Below, in pieces: positions 42,835 to 52,700 of a stretch of 64,000 bases of DNA. This DNA comes from Gammaproteobacteria bacterium (lineage in GTDB: Bacteria; Pseudomonadota; Gammaproteobacteria; Berkiellales; Berkiellaceae): the NCBI GenBank assembly GCA_013288185.1, contig JABDCK010000001.1, forward strand, positions 581-64,580. The letters are read 5' to 3'. The notes below the pieces were generated by a model. That model was not told the origin of the DNA. It did no database searches and worked only from the letters and a program-made list of their open reading frames with translations. The position numbers and the translations under genes are program-made. The stretch's first letter is position 1. Each line of letters starts with the position of its first letter.

Positions 42835-43445
42835 GTGCACCCTCTGCAATCACTTTGGCTTTTTCCGGTGCTTCTGGCGCCCCTTATGCTTTTAGATTAT
42901 TAGAACAGTTAGTGCTAGCACAAGTGTCTGTCTCTGTAGTGATTTCAACGGCAGGACATATGGTTATTCGGGATGAAACCGATTGGGAATTACCCGGCAA
43001 CCCACAAAAATTAACGGAATATCTGACCGCGCATTTTAAAGCGCAGCCAGGGCAAATTAAAGCCTATGGCAAAGATCAATGGTCCTCTCCCTTAGCAAGT
43101 GGAAGTGCTGCGCCTAAAACGATGATTGTGTGCCCGTGTAGTGCCGGTTGTTTATCTGCTATTGCCACGGGGGCGAGCAATAATTTATTGGAGCGTGCCG
43201 CAGATGTGGTGTTAAAAGAGCAAGGTAAGCTCGTCTTAGTGATACGGGAAATGCCGCTTTCTGTGATACACCTTGAGCATATGTTAACGTTAGGACGTTT
43301 GGGGGTTTGTATAATGCCCGCCAACCCAGGGTTTTATTTTAAACCGCAGGCGGTGAATGATCTGGTGGATTTTGTAGTGGCACGCATTTTAGATCAAGTC
43401 CACGTGCCACATACCTTAAGTCAGCGTTGGGGTTTAGGTGATTAG
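42831..43445 (+). CDS. ubiX: Flavin prenyltransferase
   Basis: SGASGAPY, ASGS, NLLERAADVVLKE, REMP, PGFY. Confidence 0.95.
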   Translation: MSAPSAITLAFSGASGAPYAFRLLEQLVLAQVSVSVVISTAGHMVIRDETDWELPGNPQKLTEYLTAHFKAQPGQIKAYGKDQWSSPLASGSAAPKTMIVCPCSAGCLSAIATGASNNLLERAADVVLKEQGKLVLVIREMPLSVIHLEHMLTLGRLGVCIMPANPGFYFKPQAVNDLVDFVVARILDQVHVPHTLSQRWGLGD

Positions 43446-43717
43446 CTATGCGCAGTGGATTCACTTGCCAAAATTTGACTCATTTTGGCAACCACGGTTG
43501 CTGGGCAATTGGTTTTAAGCTCACTAATAACCGCTTGCATGACGGCAGCTTCTTCGTCATTAAATCCTTGCGTTTTTTGACAGCTGGCTTTAGGGGTAAC
43601 TTCCTGGTAAAAGAATTTATATACTTTCTGCATAGACTGTACACATTCATCCGATAATTCTGCAGCGTGTACATGGCTTGAGATTAAGATCATAATCAGT
43701 AATAGCGCTCTTTTCAT
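43442..43717 (-). CDS. Small exported protein
   Basis: Signal peptide MKRALLLIMILISSHVHA|A; RBS AAGGGG. Confidence 0.65.
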   Translation of the reverse strand: MKRALLLIMILISSHVHAAELSDECVQSMQKVYKFFYQEVTPKASCQKTQGFNDEEAAVMQAVISELKTNCPATVVAKMSQILASESTAHS

Positions 43718-43851
43718 CAGAAGATCCCCTTCTTATAGTTAACTAGCTTAATTAATTTTCCTTAATTGCTTTAATCTGGTGCTTAAAACCGATATCATAT
43801 GGCAGTAATTTAACTTTTTAATGCAAACTCAGGAACACGTGTAGTATACCT

Positions 43852-44862
43852 ATGTCATATCATTTTTTACGGTACCTTAAAATAATTTTTTTCATGCTGT
43901 GCTGTTTTGCTGCCAAGGCCAATGAAACGCGCGATGAGTCGGAATTTTTTGCGATTGTGAATGAGACAGGTGGCTATATAAGTCAGTCGCTCCACACAGA
44001 ATTTTGGGAGATGATGAAGGCCAAGTACAAAGAAGAGCAACGGGCCATTATCGTCGCAGATACACAAAGCGCCCTGGAAGCCTTAAAAGAGTTTCAATTG
44101 CAGACCTGGAAAAGTGCTAAAGAAAGCTATTATGCTAAAAAAGTTGAAAAGACCGCAGAATATCTCCCCCTGAAAAAAAGACTGGAACAACAAAAATCAC
44201 AATATTTTTCCCCCTATTTATTAATTAATAACGCAGAGAAAATGATTGAAGCGGCTGCAACCAGAAGTGCGCTAGATTTGGGGGCGGGTAAATTTTATAT
44301 TACTCCTGAATTAATTGAAGAAAATATTATTGGAATGAATGGCAGCTATGAGCGGCTTAAAGTCCTCTTGGCGCCGGTTTGGAAGGCAGAATACAAAGAA
44401 TATCTTTTACCTAAAATTAAAATCTCCTTATTATCACTCTATGCTCCGGATGAGTATCATGAAATCATCACGCAAGGCAATGAGACTATTGATATGCATA
44501 TTGCGCAACTCAGCGTGGATAAAAACGCCATGTATGAAATTGGCGCCATTGATTATCAAAAGGAAGATAAGAAGTTTACCGATTTAACCCCACAGGAACG
44601 GAACATTTACCTGCAAGCATTTATCCAGCAACAATTTGCAGGTTATAAGGTGGATGAACCTTCTTTAAGCAAAGGCACCTGGCGTGGCCATGAGTTTACC
44701 AAAGGCGTGGCGACCGTCGATGATTACAATATTGTGATCATGGGTCTGTTTGTCAATGATAAAGCGCTTTATATTAAATATGTTACGGATGCCAATCTCT
44801 CTAGTGCCAATTCAGATTTTAATGAGTTCACTAAACGCATCCAAATCTTAGAAAGGATCTAA
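43852..44862 (+). CDS. Exported hypothetical protein
   Basis: 336-aa ORF with signal peptide ending AKA; no recognised domain. Confidence 0.7.
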   Translation: MSYHFLRYLKIIFFMLCCFAAKANETRDESEFFAIVNETGGYISQSLHTEFWEMMKAKYKEEQRAIIVADTQSALEALKEFQLQTWKSAKESYYAKKVEKTAEYLPLKKRLEQQKSQYFSPYLLINNAEKMIEAAATRSALDLGAGKFYITPELIEENIIGMNGSYERLKVLLAPVWKAEYKEYLLPKIKISLLSLYAPDEYHEIITQGNETIDMHIAQLSVDKNAMYEIGAIDYQKEDKKFTDLTPQERNIYLQAFIQQQFAGYKVDEPSLSKGTWRGHEFTKGVATVDDYNIVIMGLFVNDKALYIKYVTDANLSSANSDFNEFTKRIQILERI

Positions 44863-44865
44863 CTT

Positions 44866-45630
44866 TTATAGAATAATGCAGCATGATTTTGATTCTTTCG
44901 TTTCTATAATCAGCGCGGCTTTTGCTTTTAACGCGCTATTTTCAGGTAAAAAATTCTTGTTAAGATAAGCGAGCTCATCATCATTTAAATAGGTTGGATC
45001 TGCGTCAAGTTTTTCTAATAGTTCCTTTTTCTTGTCAAAGCCGCCCATTATAGCGCTGATAACTTCAGACCTAACATTATCAGGAGGTGAGAAAAACAGG
45101 CTTGGGGGCGGTGCGTTGGGAGCAAAGGGATTAAATGCTCTTTGCTCTTTTGTTGCTAAAAGCAATTCAATTATTGGAAAGAAAAATGGACTCAGGGCCA
45201 TTGTCGTATTCAGGGTGGTGAAATAATCATCAAATAAGCGCGCATAAGCGCCAATAGTGCGTACACGAGAAGTGGGGTCACTATAATGACTATCCGCAAT
45301 TTTGTTCCAAGACGTCACAATTTCGTTTGCCACGATGTTAGGGTTAGTAATGGTTGGACTGACCATGGAGATTAGAGAGCCGACGAGTAAGTCATCCGTA
45401 TCTGCTTTTTTGCCGGGAGTGATGCCTAAAGTTTTTGCACAGGTAAACAGCAGGTTAGCGTTGGCAAAATCTAGTGGGGAAGGATCTTCAAGCCCTTCAA
45501 TCTTATCAAATAGAATGGCGTCAATTTGCCCTTTTTCATTAAAGGCTAATACGGGCATACATGAAAGTAAGTTATCTTTATTAATTGATACGTTCAAAAG
45601 ATGATTAGTCTTTTTCGCTTGTGTTGCCAT
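44866..45630 (-). CDS. Candidate effector with C-terminal CaaX prenylation motif
   Basis: Ends ...ETKESKSCCIIL-stop. Confidence 0.7.
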   Translation of the reverse strand: MATQAKKTNHLLNVSINKDNLLSCMPVLAFNEKGQIDAILFDKIEGLEDPSPLDFANANLLFTCAKTLGITPGKKADTDDLLVGSLISMVSPTITNPNIVANEIVTSWNKIADSHYSDPTSRVRTIGAYARLFDDYFTTLNTTMALSPFFFPIIELLLATKEQRAFNPFAPNAPPPSLFFSPPDNVRSEVISAIMGGFDKKKELLEKLDADPTYLNDDELAYLNKNFLPENSALKAKAALIIETKESKSCCIIL

Positions 45631-45704
45631 TTTTAACCTAACTTGCTAACAAAAGATATATTGTAGGTAATTAACTAATAAATTGCAACAGAAATGATTT
45701 AACT

Positions 45705-46013
45705 TTAAAACTGAGTTGCTTTAGGATCCGGGATCCCAAAACGCTGACGATAGGTTGTCACATCCGTTATGGATATATCTTGTGGATAGCAAAGCACTTT
45801 GCCGGAAGTTTTAAAATACTCACTATTATCACCACAGGTTTTATCTTTACTATCTTTGCTATAAGGGCAAGGACACTCACCCTCAAAAGTCTTTAAGTTA
45901 CCTGACACAATTATTGAGCGTATTTCTTCATCCGACATTGGCTTTATAGCCGCGCATGCGGTCATGGAAATTAAAAATAACAGGGTGCTTATGAATAGGT
46001 TCTTTTTGTGCAT
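45705..46013 (-). CDS. Small exported protein with G.CPCPY motif (paralog 2)
   Basis: ATG at 46013 (MHKKNLF..., signal peptide); FEGECPCPYSKD..CGDNSEYFKT..CYPQDI. Confidence 0.75.
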   Translation of the reverse strand: MHKKNLFISTLLFLISMTACAAIKPMSDEEIRSIIVSGNLKTFEGECPCPYSKDSKDKTCGDNSEYFKTSGKVLCYPQDISITDVTTYRQRFGIPDPKATQF

Positions 46014-46029
46014 AACATAATTCCAATAA

Positions 46030-46362
46030 TTAATAATTATCTTTTCTGTTGATTTCCCAAGGTGATTGCGTCTTGGAAATACCATACTCTTCCCGGTAAA
46101 GTTCAATCGCACTTGCTGAAATGTCTCTGTGATAACAGGTTACCCCACCATCGGTTTTAAAGTACTCGCTGTTTTCACCACAAATTCTGTTCTTTTTGTC
46201 TCTGCTATAAGGGCAAGGACATTCACCTTGAAAATCACTAATCATGCCGCGAATTATCGCATCTCGGATATCCCCATCTGTCATGGGCTTAACATCAGTG
46301 TCTGCATAAGAACCCACTGGTAAAAACAGCATAACCATGATAAATTCACGCAAAAATTTCAT
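46030..46362 (-). CDS. Small exported protein with G.CPCPY motif (paralog 1)
   Basis: Signal peptide; FQGECPCPYSRD..CGENSEYFKT..CYHRDI. Confidence 0.75.
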   Translation of the reverse strand: MKFLREFIMVMLFLPVGSYADTDVKPMTDGDIRDAIIRGMISDFQGECPCPYSRDKKNRICGENSEYFKTDGGVTCYHRDISASAIELYREEYGISKTQSPWEINRKDNY

Positions 46363-46396
46363 TACTTACCCCCTTTGCTGGGTTATCGGCATTTTT

Positions 46397-48112
46397 TCAA
46401 ATTGCTTCAATATGAGGATAGTGTGGCTCCCACATAGTATTTTTTACTTCCTCTTCAAGCCGCGCTGCTGGGGTGTGTGATTTTCCACCCGCAATAGCCG
46501 CTTTGCCTACGGCAATGGCAACATTGGCGGAAACACTGCGCAGTTCTTCAATACTGGGTAAAAGGGAAGCACCTTTGGTATTGAGCTGCGCGCTATTGGC
46601 AACGGCAAGAGCCGCCGCCCAGAACATTTCATCACTGATTTCAGTAGCCTTTGTCACAATGGTACCTAAGCCAAGCCCTGGATATAGTAATGCATTATTG
46701 GCTTGTCCAATGGTAAAGGTGGTGCCGTTAAACTCCACGGGGGGAAAAGGGGAGCCGGTTGCTATAAGTGCTTGACCATTGGTCCATTTAATTAAATCTT
46801 GTGGTGTGGCTTCTGCTAAAGCGGTAGGATTAGATAATGGTAGAATAATGGGGCGCTCAGTATGGGCTGCCATGGTTTTGACAATGGCTTCCGTAAAAGT
46901 ATGCGGTGTGGTTGAGGTACCAATTAAAATGGTTGGATGGATTTGTGCAACAACCTCGGCAAGCGTCATTTTACCATTATGGGTATTATCTTTACGCGCA
47001 TAAGGTTTTTGATAATCCCGCAGGGTATCCATCATCTCATGGGTTAAGAGTCCTTGCTTATCAATGAGCCAGAATTGCTGGGTTGCGGCTTCTTTTGACA
47101 ATCCTGCACGCACCATTGCGTCACGCAATTGATCGGCAATGCCGACACCTGCTGTGCCTGCGCCAAAAATTACAATTCTTGCAGCGGTTAAATCGCTTTT
47201 AGCCACTTTAAGCGCATTTAACACCGCAGCTAAAGTAATAGCCCCAGTGCCTTGCATGTCATCATTGAAAGTTGCTAGCTTCTCTCGGTACTTTAATAAA
47301 ATGCGTCTACCATTATCAGGTCCAAAATCTTCCCAATGCAATAAAGCCTGCGGGAATAATTTTTGCACTGCCTGCACAAACTTTTCAATAAACGCATCAT
47401 ACAATGCGCCGCGTACGCGCGCATGACGATTTCCCATATATAACGGATCATTAAGCAAACGATCATTATTGGTGCCAACATCTAACATCACCGGAATAAC
47501 GCGATTAGGATGTACGCCAGCAATGGCGGTATAAACAGCCAATTTTCCAATGGCAATGTCAATTCCGCCTACCCCCCAATCACCAATACCTAAAATTTCC
47601 TCGGCATCTGTGCAGACGAGCAAATCTACCTCTTGTGCGTACAGGCCGGCATGGCGTAAATTGTTTTCAATGTTTTGTGGCTCATCAATGGATAAATAAA
47701 TGCCTCGTGGACGGCGATAGGCATGACTATAATTTTGAATGGCTAAGCCTACCGTAGGATCGTAAACAATGGGCATCATTTCTTTTACATGCAGAGTAAA
47801 TAATTTATAAAATAATACTTCGTTTCTATCATGCAATGCAGTCAAATAAATATTTTTTGCTAAATCACTGGTTTGAGCGCGATATTGTTCATAGGCACGC
47901 GTCACTTGTTGTTCCAGTGTCGTGAAACCCGTAGGAATTAATCCTTCTAGCGCAAGCGCCACTCTTTCTTGTGGTGTAAAAGCAATACCTTTATTGAGGA
48001 AGGGATTGTGCAGCACCTCAAAACCCCGCGCGCGCGTTTGTAAGGTCTGAATTTTACCTGTATTTTCAGGCAAGTTGTTTTTTTGAAATGGAAATTTAAA
48101 CAGTTTTAGCAT
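46397..48112 (-). CDS. maeA: NAD-dependent malic enzyme
   Basis: NKGIAF, ILGIGDWG, FNDDMQGTG, GAGTAG, PLSNPT, GQANN. Likely ATG at 48112. Confidence 0.93.
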   Translation of the reverse strand: MLKLFKFPFQKNNLPENTGKIQTLQTRARGFEVLHNPFLNKGIAFTPQERVALALEGLIPTGFTTLEQQVTRAYEQYRAQTSDLAKNIYLTALHDRNEVLFYKLFTLHVKEMMPIVYDPTVGLAIQNYSHAYRRPRGIYLSIDEPQNIENNLRHAGLYAQEVDLLVCTDAEEILGIGDWGVGGIDIAIGKLAVYTAIAGVHPNRVIPVMLDVGTNNDRLLNDPLYMGNRHARVRGALYDAFIEKFVQAVQKLFPQALLHWEDFGPDNGRRILLKYREKLATFNDDMQGTGAITLAAVLNALKVAKSDLTAARIVIFGAGTAGVGIADQLRDAMVRAGLSKEAATQQFWLIDKQGLLTHEMMDTLRDYQKPYARKDNTHNGKMTLAEVVAQIHPTILIGTSTTPHTFTEAIVKTMAAHTERPIILPLSNPTALAEATPQDLIKWTNGQALIATGSPFPPVEFNGTTFTIGQANNALLYPGLGLGTIVTKATEISDEMFWAAALAVANSAQLNTKGASLLPSIEELRSVSANVAIAVGKAAIAGGKSHTPAARLEEEVKNTMWEPHYPHIEAI

Positions 48113-48248
48113 CTGGTTCTCTTTTTTCTGTTGTGGCGTACAACCAAGTTTAGACGCACAACTTGAAAAGTACTGTTGCATTTACACTTTTTTATAAGTG
48201 CTTTTACGATTATATTTACAAATCGTAATATTTTAAGGATGAAAAAAT

Positions 48249-48653
48249 ATGACCAAGGATGAAATTAGGGATTTTGTCATTTATTTAGCAGATGTTGAAT
48301 ATTGCCGCAAAACCCAAGAACCTGTTTTGCATTTACAATATGTGGGTAAAAAGGACATAGTAAAAAAACACCTTTCCGATTTTAACCAGCATATACCCTT
48401 AGCAGCATTCAGCAAAAAGCACATAGAAAAGATTGTAGAATTAAAGACACGTTGGGCATTATCGCCCAAAACTCGCTTAATTGCGCATTTTGATGAAAAT
48501 CAAATAACATGGGTTGTTCTACGAGATAACACCGGTAATACTTTGATAGAAAAGGTTATGCTCCTGGCACGTAAAAAAGAAGTGGTGCAACAACTATCAC
48601 CTAAGGATGCTTATCTTCTCGGGTATTTGCTGGGATGCGAAGAAATGCGCTAA
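48249..48653 (+). CDS. Hypothetical protein
   Basis: 134-aa ORF with RBS; C-terminal LSPKDAYLLGYLLG; function unknown. Confidence 0.65.
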   Translation: MTKDEIRDFVIYLADVEYCRKTQEPVLHLQYVGKKDIVKKHLSDFNQHIPLAAFSKKHIEKIVELKTRWALSPKTRLIAHFDENQITWVVLRDNTGNTLIEKVMLLARKKEVVQQLSPKDAYLLGYLLGCEEMR

Positions 48654-48659
48654 CACAAG

Positions 48660-49280
48660 TCAAAAAACTAGTTTTGCTTGGATCACTTTCCCTAAAATAA
48701 TAATATTTTTGGTTAAGAGTAATGGCGGATACGTGGAATTGAGGGATTTAGCATAAAATTTGCCTTCACTTTGCACTAATTGTTTAAAGAATGGCATTTT
48801 TTTATCGTTACACATGAAAAGGGTAAAATCTTTAGGGCGGGGCTTTTGTTGACTATCCGTAATAATGATGGTGCCTTGTGGATAACGAGGTTCCATGGCG
48901 TCATCCTGCACGGTAAGCCCAAAAGACTGTTGATGTAAATCCGTATCTGCATGGGTCCACGCTTTATGTTCTAAAGTTTTTCCTTGTAAGAAAAGAGGGA
49001 CTTCCTGCCAATCAATAATCGGCACCACTCTGGTGCGCGATGCTTCTTTAGGACCCACTCCCGTCAGCAACCAGCTGCTATTGATGTGCAGTAATTGTGC
49101 ATAGCACTCAATGACTTCCAATGACATGCCGCGTGTGCCCGCTTCATGTAAGGCATAAGTAGAAATTTTTAAATCATTACGCAACGAAAATTCTTTGGCC
49201 GAAGCAAATCCTGCCTCAATGCGTGCGCGTTTGAGCCTTATGCAGACATGTGATTTTAAGTCAGGTTCCATAAGCTTCAT
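48660..49280 (-). CDS. CI/LexA-like repressor (XRE HTH plus degenerate S24 domain)
   Basis: RLKRARIEAG...HEAGTR...WLLTG HTH; FGLTVQDDAMEP...FKQL...SLN...ILGKV. Start is 49280 or 49271. Confidence 0.88.
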   Translation of the reverse strand: MKLMEPDLKSHVCIRLKRARIEAGFASAKEFSLRNDLKISTYALHEAGTRGMSLEVIECYAQLLHINSSWLLTGVGPKEASRTRVVPIIDWQEVPLFLQGKTLEHKAWTHADTDLHQQSFGLTVQDDAMEPRYPQGTIIITDSQQKPRPKDFTLFMCNDKKMPFFKQLVQSEGKFYAKSLNSTYPPLLLTKNIIILGKVIQAKLVF

Positions 49281-49360
49281 ATCAAGTATTCTAAAGACTT
49301 GTTTTAATAATAACAATCCATTAATATCCTGCGAAGTGCAGGATGACGATTGGAAAAGCC

Positions 49361-49564
49361 ATGGATATTAGAGAAATGTTGCGTACTTTACGCAAGGCAG
49401 GCCATACAGAGCAAGCAATTGCTAAGGAAATTAAAGTACACCAATCAACCATTAGCCGGATTATTTCTGGAAAAATTCAAGATCCTAAAGGATCCATTGT
49501 CAGCGAGATTAAGCAATTATTTGAAAGAGAGTATATCTACTATTTAGTTGAATCACACGACTAA
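49361..49564 (+). CDS. Cro-like HTH protein
   Basis: GHTEQAIAKEIKVHQSTISRIISG...P; divergent from the CI-like gene. Confidence 0.85.
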   Translation: MDIREMLRTLRKAGHTEQAIAKEIKVHQSTISRIISGKIQDPKGSIVSEIKQLFEREYIYYLVESHD

Positions 49565-49727
49565 ACATACACTAAAACATTGCCGACCCCTTTTCCCGAC
49601 CAAATACCCTTATTTACTGATAAAAAGTTCATACTTTCAATAAAGTTAGCTTGTTGTCTTGTTAGGTTTGGCCTAAAATTGCCGATAAATATATTGTGTT
49701 AGTTTTAAAACTGTTCAGATATATACT

Positions 49728-52700
49728 ATGGCAACACAAGGTCCAGAAACCGAAGAAGAGATACGAAAGCGTATCTTAGAAACAGCAACCGACGATCTTT
49801 CGGCGTTTAGTTATGAACAATTAAAATTAGCTTTAGATAGTTCCATCTTGCCTTATGAGAATCAACCCTACGATGAGCCACTTCTAGATAAATTGTTATC
49901 CTGCAACCAGCTTTTAGTTAAGGATTATTTGGAAGCGTTTATCACTGCAGATGCAAATCAGAATGTGGCTGTTTGTGCAAAATTAACATCAAGCGACAAA
50001 TTAAAAACGGATATATTGGCTTTGGCATTTGTCAATTTAGAAAATTATATCACCAGTTTTATTATAAAACCTCAACCGACTGTAGAAAAAGCACAGGAAT
50101 ATCTCCAGGACGTAAAATTTTATTTTTCTTGGATATTCTATTTTGAACCGAGTTTAGCTGCTAAACGCCCTGCCAGCATACAAGAAAACATCTTAAGCGA
50201 GAATTCTAAACCAAATTATATAAATTGCAAAGAAATATACGATTTTTTTGATGAGAACTTAACCGATCCCCAAAATGAAGCATTTAACACAAAAGTGAAA
50301 TCCATTACAGAAAATTTACATAATACTTTTAGGCAAGCAACGAAGGAATATCTTGAAAATCCGGTAGCATATCATCAACATGACTGGTTTCAAAAATGTT
50401 ACAACATTTATAATTTTTTAATCTATGCATGTGCAAGAGAAGATACAGCAACGTTAGCAGCATTGCTTCAAAAAGATCTTACTCAGTATCTTTTGTTAAG
50501 TGAACAAGGTGGAACAGCTCGGATTTTATATTTGTTAAATATTATTTGTCGCAACAATAGTGCCAGTGTGTTCAGGGTGCTGCTTGAACATCAAGAAATT
50601 TGTCAAAAAATATTACCAGAAAACTGGTATGAAGCATTAAGAACTGCAATATCACAAGACCCTGAAAAGAACTTTGAAATGGTAAATGAATTTATAGCGG
50701 TCGCATATAACGGGTTAATTTCAGCAGAACTTCCTGTGGTAATTGACATAGAGCGCTCTTTCAAAAAAGCAGATGCATTTAGAAAAGGAAGCGGCGATAA
50801 GATTTTCTCTGATTTTCCAGCAGCCTCTTCAATGCCTGAGGTGGGAGAATTAATAGAGGGTCCAAAGATTAAAAATCAAATGACTTTCAATTTAGAATAT
50901 ATTGTTCAATCACTCTTAAAAGATCCAGAGAGTGTAACCTTGTCATTACAAGGTGAAAATTATATTGCCACCGTGGGGGGGCGATCTTTTTATTTAAACG
51001 AAATGCTACAAAAAGCAGATTTAACACAGTTATCGCTTTCACCGGAAGATTTTTTATTATATGAACATTTTTTGGAAACAGACTCAACAATTAAGCCTTC
51101 GTTAATCTCGAATTCCCAGGATCTGATAGCTGACCGGGAAACACTCATGCGCTTGGCAGAGAAAACCTCTTTGGAAAAATTACATTACGCAGAATTAGCA
51201 GCTATCAATATTTATACACAGCCATCATTCTTTTCTGACATGAATGCACTATTACGTGATGGGCGTATTGTATCCAATCCAAGCGATGTATCTTTAGTCA
51301 AAGAAATCCTATTGCATTGCGTCATGGCAACATCTGGGTTATCTCATACACCCGATCAGTTACTTGATAATTTTACTTATCGATATGATAGGGAGTTACC
51401 AGAAGAAGTACTCCAATCGCGTATTCAATCTGCGGAAAGTTTAAAAGGATCTCCAGCAGTTGCTGAAGAGTCAGCGTTTTTTAGTTTTGCAATAGGTAAC
51501 CCAGCGCCCAATTTTGAAATAAGATGTAGCTCCCGTACCATTTGCTATGGTCTACAGGGAAAGGATGTTACACCCATTTCTTTTTATCAACATGAAAAGG
51601 AATATCTCATTCCACCCACACAAATGAGATGGCTTGCGCATGAAGAAATTCAGGGGGAGCATTATTTTTTTGCTGTCCCCGTGAATACACCTATAGGATT
51701 AAAAGCGGATGCTGGACCAGGTCAAGTAATACCCAGAGAAGAAGATTTTTTCACACAAATTATAGAGACAATGAGAAAAGTCATAACAGAAGAAATCGAT
51801 ACTTCAGAGCCTTGGGTAGCAAAAAAAATAGCAGAATGTAAAGCAATAAAACATGCTGCCATCAAACTGCAGAAAAATACTGATCTATCTTTTGAGCAAA
51901 AGTTTTACGCAATCATGCCGTTGTTGGCATCATTTAATCATCAGAATATGCCAAACATTTCTGAAGAATACTCAATGACCGCTCAGGTGAGAAGCAGTCT
52001 ATACCTCTTTAAGCGTAATTTGCAGAAACTTCAAAAATTTGAAGAAAAATTAAAAGATTCTCTGCATTATAAAAACGCTTTGCCAGAATTGACGGGCGCC
52101 ATGAAGGCAGTTAATTCGCTATTACAAGAACCTTTTGGCACGGGCGAAAATATACCATTAGAAGATGATAAATATTATCAAGCATGCCCCTGGGATTGGG
52201 TTCTCTCCATGCCAGACGGAACCGCCATTCAGCGTCCCAATCATGGGTTAGCACATACTTTGCGCACGGCGCAGTATGTTCCTATCGTTGCGCAGTATCT
52301 AATTGAAAGCAATCCTGAACGATTTCAATTTTCAGATCAGGAAATCAAGAGGATGCAATTTATTCTTTTGTTTTTTATTGTAGGACGAAAAAGCGAGATA
52401 GGTCACTCTATGAATGCAGAAATGTATGATGAATTTAGAACTCTGTCTGCAGAGGCTTTTAAGAAATATTGCCGTGAACATAGTGATGAAGCTACTAGTT
52501 TATTTGAATCGGATAATTTTGAATCATCTGAGTTGTTTCAAAAATATTATCAACTTCTAAAAATTGGCACACCACCTCCTGGAGAAACCAGCAAAGGTAT
52601 TGATTGGGTATTATATATGGCTCATAACTTAGATCTATTGCGATGTCGCGGTCCAGATGAAATTGAAGAAATTAAGACTAAATTTGCAGAAGTTATACCG

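Noticed and set aside
43745-43790. PmrA-box-like cTTAA repeats here and upstream of effector genes (~35600, ~37970, ~57880)
   Set aside because: Spacing does not match the 11-bp tandem consensus cleanly, and TTAA is common in this AT-rich DNA.
48660-49564. Prophage
   Set aside because: No integrase, replication, structural or lysis genes adjacent.
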